Assembly: GCF_902459465.1 (NCBI RefSeq)
Contig: NC_047081.1
Coordinates: 11,160,001-11,224,000, forward strand
Source of the DNA: Asterias rubens
Lineage: Eukaryota
Reading direction: 5' to 3'
DNA: 64,000 bases
Each line of letters opens with the position of its first letter. Position 1 is the stretch's first letter. The position numbers and the translations under genes are program-made. Below the pieces are notes generated by a model that saw nothing but the letters and a program-made list of their open reading frames with translations, ran no database searches and had not been told where the DNA came from. Below are positions 26,041 through 45,100 of the stretch, piece after piece.

Positions 26041-29000
26041 ACAAGGCTATTTATAGCCTTGGGGTACACTTTTTCAGTCAAAATTCGACAAGTTCACAAG
26101 GCTATATATGTAAGCCTTGTATACTTTTTCAGTCAAAATTTGACAAGTTCACAAGGCTATAGCCTTGTACACTTTTCCAGTCCAAATTCACAAGGCTATA
26201 GCCTTGTACACTTTTTCAGTCAAAATTTGACAAGTTCACAAGGCTATAGCCTTGTACACTTTTTCAGTCAAAATTTGACAAGTTCACAAGGCTATAGCCT
26301 TGTACACTTTTTCAGTTAAAATTTGACAAGTTCACAAGGCTATAGCCTTGTACACTTTTTCAGTCAAAATTTGACAAGTTCACAAGGCTATATAGCCTTG
26401 TAAACTTTTTCAGTCAAAATTCGGCTATTATAGCCTTGTACACTTTTTCAGTCCAAATTTGACAAGTTCACAAGGCTATAGCCTTGTACACTTTTTCAGT
26501 CAAAATTTGACAAGTTCACAAGGCTATAGCCTTGTACACTTTTTCAGTCCATAGCCTTGTACACTTTTTTAGTCCAAATTTGACAAGTTCACAAGGCTTT
26601 AGCCTTGTACACTTTTTCAGTCAAAATTTGACAAGTTCACAAGGCTATAGCCTTGTACACTTTTTCAGTCAAAATTTGACAAGTTCACAAGGCTATAGCC
26701 TTGTAAACTTTTTCAGTCAAAATTCGGCTATTATAGCCTTGTACACTTTTTCAGTCCAAATTTGACAAGTTCACAAGGCTATAGCCTTGTACACTTTTTT
26801 CGTCCAAATTCGACAAGTTCACAAGGCTATAGCCTTGTAAACTTTTTCAGTCAAAATTTGACAAGTTCACAAGGCTATAGCCTTGTAAACTTTTTCAGTC
26901 AAAATTCGGCTATTATAGCCTTGTACACTTTTTCAGTCCAAATTTGACAAGTTCACAAGGCTATTATAGCCTTGTACACTTTTTTAGTCCAAATTCGACA
27001 AGTTCACAAGGCTATAGCCTTGTACACTTTTTCAGTCAAAATTTGACAAGTTCACAAGGCTATAGCCTTGTAAACTTTTTCAGTCAAAATTCGGCTATTA
27101 TAGCCTTGTACACTTTTTCAGTCAAAACTTGACAAGTTCACAAGGCTATAGCCTTGTACACTTTTCAGTCAAAATTTGAAAAGTTCACAAGGCTATAGCC
27201 TTGTACACTTTTTCAGTCAAAATTTGACAAGTTCACAAGGCTATAGCCTTGTACACTTTTTCAGTCCATAGCCTTGTACACTTTTTTAGTCCAAATTCGA
27301 CAAGTTCACAAGGCTAAAGCCTTGTACACTTTTTCAGTAGAAATTTGACAAGTTCACAAGGCTATAGCCTTGTACACTTTTTCAGTCCAAATTCGACAAG
27401 TTCACAAGGCTAAAGCCTTGTACACTTTTTCAGTAAAAATTTGAAAAGTTCACAAGGCTATAGCCTTGTAAACTTTTTCAGTCAAAATTCGGCTATTATA
27501 GCCTTGTACACTTTTTCAGTCAAAACTTGACAAGTTCACAAGGCTATAGCCTTGTACACTTTTTCAGTCAAAATTTGAAAAGTTCACAAGGCTATAGCCT
27601 TGTAAACTTTTTCAGTCAAAATTCGGCTATTATAGCCTTGTACACTTTTTCAGTCAAAATTTGAAAAGTTCACAAGGCTATAGCCTTGTACACTTTTTCA
27701 GTCAAAATTTGACAAGTTCACAAGGCTATAGCCTTGTACACTTTTTCAGTCCATAGCCTTGTACACTTTTTTAGTCCAAATTCGACAAGTTCACAAGGCT
27801 AAAGCCTTGTACACTTTTTCAGTAAAAATTTGAAAAGTTCACAAGGCTATAGCCTTGTAAACTTTTTTAGTCCAAATTCGACAAGTTCACAAGGCTAAAG
27901 CCTTGTACACTTTTTCAGTCCAAATTCGACAAGTTCACAAGGCTAAAGCCTTGTACACTTTTTCAGTAAAAATTTGAAAAGTTCACAAGGCTATAGCCTT
28001 GTAAACTTTTTCAGTCAAAATTCGGCTATTATAGCCTTGTACACTTTTTCAGTCAAAACTTGACAAGTTCACAAGGCTATAGCCTTGTACACTTTTCAGT
28101 CAAAATTTGAAAAGTTCACAAGGCTATAGCCTTGTACACTTTTTCAGTCAAAATTTGACAAGTTCACAAGGCTATAGCCTTGTACACTTTTTCAGTCCAT
28201 AGCCTTGTACACTTTTTTAGTCCAAATTCGACAAGTTCACAAGGCTAAAGCCTTGTACACTTTTTCAGTCAAAATTTGACAAGTTCACAAGGCTATAGCC
28301 TTGTACACTTTTTTAGTCCAAATTCGACAAGTTCACAAGGCTAAAGCCTTGTACACTTTTTCAGTCAAAATTTGACAAGTTCACAAGGCTATAGCCTTGT
28401 AGACTTTTTCAGTCCAAATTTGAAAAGTTCACAAGGCTATAGTCTTGTACACTTTTCAGTAAAAATTTTATAGCCTTGTAAACTTTTTCAGTAAAAATTC
28501 GGCTATTATAGCCTTGTACACTTTTTCAGTCAAAACTTGACAGGTTCACAAGGCTATAGCCTTGTACACTTTTTTAGTCCAAATTTGAAAAGTTCACAAG
28601 GCCTTGTACAATTTTTTCAGTCAAAGTTTGACAAGTTCACAAGGCTATAGCCTTGTACACTTTTTTAGTCCAAATTCGACAAGTTCACAAGGCTATAGCC
28701 TTGTAAACTTTTTCAGTCAAAATTTGACAAGTTCACAAGGCTATAGCCTTGTACACTTTTTTAGTCAAAATTTGACAAGTTCACAAGGCTATAGCCTTGT
28801 ACACTTTTCAGTAAAAATTTGACAAGTTCACAAGGCTATAGCCTTGTACACTTTTTCAGTCAAAATTTGACAAGTTCACAAGGCTTATAATAGCCTTGTA
28901 CACTTTTTCAGTCCAAATTTGAAAAGTTCACAAGGCTATGGCCTTGTACACTTTTCAGTAAAAATTTGACAAGTTCACAAGGCTATAGCCTTGTACACTT

Positions 29001-29270
29001 TTTCAGTCAAAATTTTAAAAGTTCATAAGGCCTTGTACACTTTTGCAGTCAAAATTCGACAAGTTCACAAGCCTTGTACACTTTTTCAGTCAAAATTCGA
29101 CAAGTTCACATGGCTATAGCCTTGTACACTTTTTCAGTCAAAATCCGACAAGTTCACAATGCTATAGGATTGTAAACTTTTTCAGTCAAAATTTGACAAA
29201 TTCACAAGGCTGTACACTCTTTCAGCAAAAATTTGACATTACATGTACACAAGGCCTTGTCACTTTTTCA
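26041..29270. repeat. Tandem satellite/minisatellite, ~48-bp monomer TAGCCTTGTACACTTTTTCAGTCAAAATTTGACAAGTTCACAAGGCTA with shorter deletion variants
   Basis: About 3.2 kb of directly visible head-to-tail copies, degenerating at both ends. It lies between the convergent CCSER-like and HIF1AN 3' ends. Confidence 0.97.
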
Positions 29271-30289
29271 GCCACCTTTTCAAACAAAGTTTTACATTAC
29301 ACAAACCTAAAATGCACAGGAGTTGCTGTGGCTTCAAACCACTTTTAAAAACCATTTACAACAAAGCATTGCTCTTGATACATTTTGGTATTGAATAATT
29401 GCACATTTTAGTTATTGATTGAAAATTGTCTCATTATCTTAAGTAGTTTGACCTTTCAAGTAGCTCGAAAAGATAACACCTAGAAATTAAAGAAATTACC
29501 ACGTACCCAAGTCTTCCCAACACCACACATAAAACCACAAAAAACAGAATCACAAGCATAAACTATTAATTCTATTGTGACATTAAGTACTGTGGATTCG
29601 ATGTTGCAACATGATACACTGGTGGGATTCGAACCCACGGCACCACCTTGTATACCACTAAACCAATGCTTCTGAGCACAACAGATGATCAGTTTGAACT
29701 CTGAAATAGACAATTATATTGCCGAATAAAACTGAACAAGAACGGGCGGGAACGAAGCTTATTTTTTGATTGGCTACCGACTTCTACAACAATTTTACCA
29801 GTACCTAACCCACCCACAATACCCACAATCTTTAGTCAATATATAGCCTGGTTCATACCTGTGAATGCAAATGCCATGCATATTTTGATGTCACAAATTG
29901 GAAGTGCCCTGTGACCAACTCCTGCGAAACATTCGCTGCAAAAACAGCCCTTTGACGACAAATCAGATCGCATTCCCACTTGCAGCAAGTATGAACCAGG
30001 CGCAATTTTGGACCAGGTTTCAGCAATTCCTGAAAACAATGACCCTAAAATGTTGGTATCTGTGAGTGGCTGATACTAAAGCCCGGTTCATACTTCCTGC
30101 GAATGCGAAACGAATTTTCACATAACAAGTTTGCAACAAATAATTCGCAAGAGTTGCCCACAGCTCAACTACTGCAAACCAAATTAAAATTAACTAATTT
30201 TAAACTACGTTCAATAAAACTACCAGAAAGCAACTGATAACTTGAACAATGTACCTAAATTAAACTGCAATACATGTAGCTAAATTGAA

Positions 30290-31130
30290 ACTACAGGCCA
30301 CTCGGGTGGGATTCAAACCCTAAACCCAAGAACCAGAGTTCCTGCACTCGGATTGTATACTTATATACAGATTGTATCCTTACATATACATGTATAATTG
30401 TTGAACAAAATTGAACCTATTGGCTACTTGGGTTTGGACTCGAACCAAATACACAAAAAGCAGAGACCCATTGTTCATGTACACAGATTGTATTTGTATA
30501 ATTGTAACTAAATTGAAACTAGTGGCTACTCAGGTGAGCTTCAAACCATAGACCAAAGAACCTGCATTCTAGAGCATGTACACAGAATGTATCCTTATAA
30601 AATTGAAATTATTGGCTACTTGAGGTGGGATTTGAACCCAACACTCAGAATTCTGAGAGCCCGCATTCAAGAACATGTACTCAGATAGTATCCTTATAAA
30701 TGTTAACATGTAACTAAATTGGTTCTACTCGCTTCTCGGAAGGGATTTGATATCAAGACCCAAGAACCTGTGATCACACAATCAAGAACATGTACACAGA
30801 ATGTATCCTTATCAAATTGAAATTACTGGCTACTTGGGGTGGGATTCGAAACCCAACATTCAAAAACCTGAAACCCCACATTCAAGAACATGTACACAGA
30901 TAGTATCCTTATAAATGTAAACTTGTAACTAAATTGATTCTACTCGCTTCTCGGAAGGGATTTGAACCCAAGACCCAAGAACCTCTGATTGAAAGTACTG
31001 GCTGCTCAGTTGGGATTTAAACCCAACCCCCAAGAACCAGAGACCCAGCATCTAAGTACACTGATATTATACATTTGTAACTAAATTGATTATACTGGCT
31101 ACTCAGGTGGGGTTCGAACCCATGACCCCA
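30290..31130 (-). repeat. Degenerate tandem array of ~9 units (~60-125 bp), each with a tRNA B-box-like motif
   Basis: GGCTACT(C/T)xGGTGGGATT(C/T)GAACCC recurs at about 30295, 30421, 30523, 30613, 30721, 30827, 30935, 30998 and 31096. The reverse complement is GGGTTCGAATCCC. Confidence 0.75.
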
Positions 31131-31223
31131 CCTTGTAGACTCCTACACCGATGGCAGAGAACTGATGATTAGAGGTAGGTTTGAATTCTACAATCGACAA
31201 TTACATCATTTATAAAAAAGCCT

Positions 31224-31372
31224 GGGGCCGATTTCACAAAGATCTAAGATTGATCGCAACTGCAAATCAATCGTAGTTGCTAAGTTAAGTGTGATGTCAC
31301 AAATACAAATCACTATGGTGATACTGAAAATTTGTCTTGCTATATATTGTATTGCTTTGTGAAATCGGCCCC
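31224..31372. mobile_element. MITE with GGGGCCGATTTCACAAAG terminal inverted repeats
   Basis: Perfect 18-bp TIR. The body (GTGTGATGTCAC...AAATCAC(C/T)ATGGTGATACTG) recurs at 1-210 and 35780-35895 (-). Confidence 0.75.
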
Positions 31373-31769
31373 TACGATTAGCTACTGATTTCTACCACAA
31401 CTTTAGCATGCAGCTAAAGTCTAGGACTGTATGATGCCATGAAATTTTCATGAACATCACGCAAGCCAAAATCTGAACAGAGTTATTTCATGTCTATGGT
31501 CGATCACAAAAAACATGAACATTGTCTGTGACTCTATTTTTTTTCAGCTGCACCAATTCGACTGCCACTTCTTGTCATACAATAAATTATTGGCAATTAT
31601 AAAACAATGTCATCATACTTTTTAAAACCTTTCGGGCAAAGTTTAAATACTACAGAAAAAACACTGAACATACGACGCGCAATTTTGGAAAGGTAGAAAC
31701 GGAATCTCTCCGGCATATTTACAGTTTTTGGCAAAGTGGCTTTTTCTTCTTGTTCCCGACGACAGCTGG

Positions 31770-38218
<6,449 letters not shown>

Positions 38219-38599
38219 TGTCAGTTCAATATCCGACCATGGTTCAATTTTACAGCATAAATAACAAACTTCTCCTGAACTAGGGCTGTTCTTGCAGGTT
38301 GTTGGCAAGTTTTCATATGATAAATCGTTGAGGTAGACTTTAAAATACTTTTATAAAAGAAAGTGGAACGACCATCTTGACCATGCACTTCCACTTAGTC
38401 GTACAGAAAGACTAGTGTGTAAACATGTTCATAGTGTCAGTCAGTAACAGCACAGTCAGTCAGTGAATTGTCGTGTAGCTGGTGTGAAGTTCTGGTTGAC
38501 CGACTTTGGCAGTGTTTGGCTCCGAATCCGATCCCCCTCAAAATCGGCAACAGAACCGACCGTATTCAACCGCAAAACACAGCTTTTATATAACTACCG

Positions 38600-39140
38600 A
38601 ACAGAAGTCATCTACTGAATGAAGAATGGACCACACACACCATCAACACACATAAAACCAAGTTCAACTGCTCGGAATTCGTTTGTGGACCCGGAAGTGT
38701 AATGCACAACGCTGATATATACATGTAGCTGTTGATGGCATTGGCATGGCAGTTTGTGTGTACGTGCGTCGCCGTGCGATGTTGATATTTTTAAGCGACC
38801 TGACATGACCCCATACTTGACCTAGAAATACTGCGCGTGAGTGAGTGCGCATTGCAATACAGCATTATCGTTTGAAACAAAAATGCAATCTTTGATTTTG
38901 TTGCAAACTGTGGCGGCATCGTCTTACAGAATTTACATAGGCTTGTAGTTTATTCAAGTAAAACCATGGAGGAATTCCTAAACGATCGTTTGCCCGCTTT
39001 TCTGGAGGCGTTTGTTTTGGTCACGTACACATTGGTATAGTTTAATTTACCACAATAGAAAGAGCTTGGTTGAAACCGCAGAAATTGGCCTACGTGCAAA
39101 AAAGAATTCTCACCGCAAAAAACGCCTACGTGCACAGAGC
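38600..39140 (-). promoter_or_regulatory. Probable HIF1AN promoter region (CpG-rich; ETS motif; TACGTG cluster)
   Basis: Local CpG enrichment upstream of the first coding exon. CCGGAAGTG at 38691-38699, TGCGC-rich tract at about 38832-38852, and TACGTG at 38761, 39022 (-), 39091 and 39127. The TSS cannot be placed from sequence alone. Confidence 0.5.
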
Positions 39141-39168
39141 CTGGAGAGAGCGAACTTTGGGTTCACTG

Positions 39169-39276
39169 TAGACTTGTGGATAAGTCGTTAAATCGGCCCC
39201 ACGCGCTGAGATAGTGATCTCGCGAGACCACTATCTCAGCGCGTGGGGCCGATTTAACGACTTCTCCACAAGTCTA
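39169..39276. mobile_element. 108-bp fully palindromic (foldback) insertion with a 9-bp TSD, MULE-like MITE
   Basis: The arms are reverse complements with 2 mismatches around the centre TCTCGCGAGA. GGTTCACTG flanks both sides (39160-39168 and 39277-39285). Confidence 0.8.
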
Positions 39277-40146
39277 GGTTCACTGATGTTTTCTTCAGGC
39301 ATGGAATTTGGTCCTCTTTGAAAAAAAGAAAATAGAGTACGCAAGAGCTGACCTACATGGACATTGTGTAGGTTTTATAACAGGCTGTTTAATCGCAAGT
39401 TTTCAGATTTTTCCAAGAGCAAAACCGGAAATCAGACTAAAGTAGAAAGGAAGTTCATGACTGTTTCTAATGTTTGAACTGTAATGTCATGGTTGTCAAT
39501 TCACTAATATCAGTTGTGAACATTTCTTTTGTGTGAATAACATTTAGGGCATCTGAACATCCCAGTTTATTTCCTTGATCCACTCACACACAAAAATGTA
39601 TAAAAAAAAGATAACAGGCCTATAGCCTAATCACATACGGTAATCCATAAAAAAAATACCCACCCCCAAAAATAACAAAACAACAAAACAAAAAAACTGA
39701 AAAGAAAACATTAAGAAAAGAAAATAATACAAGTTTTCATTTAAGAATAAGTTATTAATAATGGGCAACTGACACAGTTAGTCATCTTTCAGCATCTACA
39801 GGCCTGGATAATCCAGCCCCATTATTTATTCACTGCCAACTGCAATTTGAAGGAGGGACTTTCCTCTATAAATTGTACAGCATTTTAACTTCATTAATTA
39901 ATAAACACAGAGAAAACAAAAAGTAAAACCTAACACAATCACCATCTTTTAAAAGCCTCAATAAATTGATACGGTTTACTTCTAACAAGAGGTCACCTAC
40001 TTAAAATACGTTTTCCAAACACTGTTGAAAATTCAATATTAAAACTTGAGTTGCTTATTGTGTATACTAACTAGGCCTCGTCACAAGAGGCGTCTGTTAC
40101 ACAGACACTTTTGATCAACCAACTACAGTGCATGCTACAGGACAAC

Positions 40147-40520
40147 CTAAAGGCACTGTACACGTTTGGTAATTGTCGAAGACCACTCACTTGGTATATC
40201 CCATCATAAGCATAAAATAACAAGCCTAATTTGGGCTCAATTGGTCATCAAAGAAAATGTTCAAAGAAAAAAGACCCTTGTTGGACGTATTTGTGTGCTT
40301 TCAGATAGGAATAAAAGACTTCGAGCAAGAAGCTTCTTTTATTATTTTAGTGAGAAATTACCCCTTTCTCAAAAACAACGTTACTTCAGAGCATGGAGGA
40401 ATAATCAGAGGTACTTGTTTCCCACAATGTTGTATACCATGAACAGCTCTCCAATGCTCATTACCAAGTCAGTTTTTAAGTTAATATTGGTTTTGAGAAA
40501 CTACCAAAGTGTACAGTGAT
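40147..40520 (-). mobile_element. Diverged family A MITE, reverse orientation
   Basis: CTAAAGGCACTGTACACGTTTGGTAATTGTCGAAGACCACTCACTTGG ... CTACCAAAGTGTACAGTG; internal blocks are reverse complements of family A. Confidence 0.6.
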
Positions 40521-42118
40521 TTTCCAAACGATGTTTTTTTTTTTACGATCCCTAAAAGTACATGTAGTTGTCAACATTCAAACGTGAATAGATTCTCTTA
40601 CTGGAGATTGCCTGGAACTGGTTGCCTGTAAATTGCCTCGTGTGACATCATAATTTACAAGCATGACAAGATTCCCCTTTTTGAAAACAATGTGACATAA
40701 TATTGTCTTTTTACAACTCAAATCTTATAAAACACAAATAGGGTATTAACTTGTGTAAAAACTAAACTTCAGCACCTCTGAGAAATCTGCATTGAAATAA
40801 TTGGTGAAGATTTTATAATAATCTAATTTTACAATTAAAAAAAAGCTCAATTAAACATTAATTCTCACAGAAATTATGCATTAGTACCCCGGATGTATTA
40901 TGAGGCTTTTGACTTCAAAAGGTCAAGTGGATCGAGAACCCCACCCCAACCCCCCCCCCAAAAAAAAAAAAAATCTAGTGAATGGTTGGTCATGGTCGTA
41001 GCATGTGCTTTGCCTTTTCTTCCTTGTCATGCAATTTTCTTTTAAGTAACTAATTTTGGTCTCTGACTTAAGACTGCATAGAACAAAAAGTCAGTAATTA
41101 GTTGAATTAATTTAATAGAATAAATAATACCATGTCGTGGAAAAAAACATGTTTCCACAAATAGCTAAAAACATCACCTTTTTTTGTCAACACCCATCGT
41201 AAAAATATCTTTAGTGTTAAATTCTACAAGAAAATAATTCCCATAACAAGAATTAGACATTTTCAAAGCCTCAGCACTTTGAAAAATCCCATTATTTCGT
41301 ACAAATTTACAAGCGTAAAAACCAAAAATAGTGACTAAAATATTCGTTACTGCAGACTATACAACAAAATACATGCATAAATTTTTGTACAACTATTCAT
41401 ATATTTATACAATACTCACTATGCCAAATATAATAGATACAGGACTCTCAAAAAACACACAATGTTTATCCAAGTAGACCAATACATGTATTTGTGCCTG
41501 GTTTATAACTAAATAATAATTAATTTGCATAGTCCAATTACCAAATAGTATCAAAATAATAATTTATTTGCGAAGTCCAAATACCTAAAAAAAATTAAAG
41601 TTACAACACTTTCTTAATATGCGTATGTTCCATTCCTTCTAAAAACAAACGACAAATTGAACATCTCATTTCATATTCAATATTTGTTTCCTCTTAAAAA
41701 ACAAGTTGTCATGGTTTCAAACACCACAAACAAGTACTTTGTAAGCACTAATTAATATAACAATACAAATTCAAAAAATATGTCCTCTGTTTTTAAATAA
41801 GTACAATTAAAGAAAACTGCAATAAACACTAAGCATGACCACAAATATTTGGGAAAACCCTCGGGCAGAGTAAATTTTGGTAACAAATCGGAATTCTGAA
41901 GACAGATTTTTAGAAAAGTTACTGTGAAACAATTTCATCGTGAGAAACTTCATAAGTTCGCCAGCAAACATCAACAGCCTAAGTATATAAAATATTATTT
42001 GATATTTTTATTTGCCGCAAGAGAAATGCTCTTCAAAAATTCAAGAATCATTTTGTTTTTTAAACCGACGATATGGAGTAGCTTGTTCAATATGATTTGA
42101 TGTGTGGATTTTAACGTT

Positions 42119-45100
42119 TTATAAGCGGGACTCTTCGTCCATGTAGTCATTGTACCCGCTGTTGGTGTATGCCCTCGTGGTCTTCTTCGATCTTCGTGTC
42201 TCCGTCTCTTCGATGACATCACCATCTTCATCATCGTCATCCTCATCTTCTTGAGTGATCATGTTGGTCTCTTTCCTCCTGGAGCTACTGTGCCCAGAGG
42301 ACGTCCCAGAGAGGGAGTGGTTACTCTCGTTGTCGCCACCCATGACGTTGTAGGTGTAGGTCCTTCCGTCCACGATGGATGATTCAGCTTCGGAATCCTC
42401 GTCCGGACCCAGATCGATCATCTCTGGTGTCTCCTCAGTCAGGGTCACCATCCCGATGCTTGTCGGCACCCCAGCGGAGTGGGTCTTGGAGTTGGCCCGG
42501 CGAGAATATGAGGAGGACTCTGTCTGGGAAGGCTTCTTGATGGAGTGGGTGTAGCTCTCCTCAACGCTGGTAGAGGTTGTGTAGTTGGTCATTGGGTCCT
42601 GGTAGTCCTTAGAGGACCTTCCTGTAGTGCGGTTCCTCTCCAGGGTGCCGCCAGGATGTCTACCGCCGGATCGATCGCTGTCTCGCGTCCAAGAGGACCA
42701 AGAAGAGGTGGTGTCCTCCTCGGTGATTGGACTGAGTTGATTCTCAAACTCTACGTCCTCCCTGTAGACTGCCCTGGCAGCGGCCATGCCAGCCGAGTTG
42801 TCGCCAATCCCGTACATCGTTCCATCCAGGAATGTGGCTTCCACGGTCTCATCCTCATCTAGCATCTGACGGATCTCGTGGGCCTTCTCATTTGTCAGTC
42901 TCTGACTGCCGCTGGCGGACGGTCCAGGGCCACCGAAACCTACCGTGGAGTAAGTATAGCTGGCACTTGAGCCTGAATATCCACCATCTTGAACCCCGCT
43001 GTTCAGATTGGCGGTCACCGAACCATCTCGATTCAGCCGGTTTGCCAAAGTGCCCCCCGAGCCATCTATGCCGTCCACCATTCGAGCACCAGATGAAGAC
43101 AACTGAGTAGTAGTGGTGCTGGACATTCCTGTGTTGGATCGTCCTGAACCAGCCATTCCCGCACTGGACCTTCCAGCGCCACTTCCATACCCTCCGTTGC
43201 TGGCTGTAACTCCGCTACCAGCCAACCGCCCTTTGCTGGTGACTCGACCATTGCTGGCAACTCTACCATTGCTGGCAACAGCGCCGTTGGAGAGGGTCTT
43301 TACACGCCCTGCCCCAGCTTGGCCCTGAATGGAACCATCATTGATCAATGCAGTCATGACAAGAGCGTCACGGGCAACCTCAGTTTGCATATCCGAGAAG
43401 AAATCCATGCTGGCCTCCTGCAATATTAAATACAAGAAGAAGTAATATTAAATGTATTAATTATAGTAGAAATATAGTACCAACATAACAACTCATTACC
43501 ACCAAATGTGACAATGAAATCTGATGATATTTTCACAGATTTTTTTAATGGTGCGTTTATGAATTTAGTTCACTCTTCCGAAAAACCCTCCCAAAACAAT
43601 GATGTACTTTCTCTTTTAAAGTTTACCTGAGATTCATACTCTCTGTTAACGCCTCCTCCTAGGAGTGAGATGCTGTCTGGCCAATCATCTGGGTAGCTAT
43701 CCGCTGTATCAAGCCACAGGGGGTTGGACCTGTAACCAAAAAACAAAAACCATCAGATGAAGTTTCTTTACTGACACAAGAAGTTTCTTATCTCATTGTC
43801 TTTTCTCCCGTTGTTGTGTAAATATTTTTGACATTTTTTTATCAAAATAAATTCAATCAATCGATCGATCGATCAATCAATCAATCAATCAATCAATCAA
43901 CCTAGTTCCCAGTGACGTACGATTTCGCAATTTTTCCCCATAAATTACCTTATTTTACACAGCTTAATTTTTGCATTGGAATGTGGAGCTCCGTTCCCAG
44001 ACTTCTTGAGAGAGATATTTATTACTTACCCTTGGTAGGCAGCCGCCTCTTTGACGTCGGCGTCTGCTCTCGTTGCGTAGATCACTGCTGGACTATTACC
44101 GTGGATCTTCTTCAGGAATCTTGAATGGACAAGAAGAAAATATCACAGAAACAGAGTGAGTTGAAAACTCATTTGGCTAACAACCGGCTGAGATTTTGTC
44201 TGAGGTCGTTAATATCTATCCTTTTTTGCTTAAAGGCAGTGGACACTATTGGTAATTACTCAAAATAATTATTAGCACAAAACCTTATTTGGTAACGAGT
44301 ACTGGGGAGAGGTTGATAGTATAAAACATTGAGAGAAACGGCTTCCTCTAAAGTGACGTAGTTTTTGAGAAAGAAGTAATTTTCATCAAATTTGATATCA
44401 AGACCTCAGATTTAGAACTCGAGGTCTCGAAATCAAGCATCTGAAAGCACACAACTTCGTGTGAGAAGGGTGTTTTTTCTTTCATTATTATCTCGCAACG
44501 CGACGACCAATTGAGCTCAAATGTTCATAGGTTTGTTATTTTATGCATATGTTGAGATACACCAAGTGAGAAGACTAGTCTTTTCATAGTGTCTACTGTC
44601 TTTAAAAAACGACACCAAAAACAGTAAAGGAAGCGAACGGGGTAAGTTACCTTCTCTGCAGACAGCACAAAATGATGATGAAGATGAGAGCACCAAGGAA
44701 GAGCAGTAGAGCTATCGCTAAGAGGGCTGCCTCTAAGATGCCGAATGGTGCACCTACCGCTCCTCCTCCTAGAGCCTGTTATCAGATAAGAAGAAATATA
44801 ATAATATCAAAGTAATACATAGCGCAGGGTACTCAAGGCGCTCAGTATATACAAACTTTCAGAAAGATAAGTTGTAGCAGTGATGAATTCTGTGACCCAA
44901 TTATGTAGCACCTTATAAGGGTTTACAAGGTGCTACGGCGCATACAGCAGCCACATCCAGTAACACCGGGGCGAACCCCTTCTCTTTTCGATAAGCGCAC
45001 TGGGTTCTTTTACATATGTATGTTACACAACACATGGGACCAACGGCTTGTCCCATCCGAAGGACGTAAGAAGAAGAAGAAAACATATTGATGTGATAAT

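Noticed and set aside
26041-29270. CRISPR-like appearance of palindromic repeats
   Set aside because: Monomers are head-to-tail with no unique spacers, there are no cas genes, and the context is eukaryotic.
26059-29348. ORFs with SSQGYSLVHFFSQNLT repeats
   Set aside because: They are translations of the 48-bp satellite (48 is divisible by 3). The frame is broken repeatedly by indel variants, and there is no start or splice context.
42545-43328. Antisense and alternate-frame ORFs over the last cadherin exon (also over 20198-21395 and 55258-57595)
   Set aside because: Shadows of GC-richer real exons, with no independent evidence.
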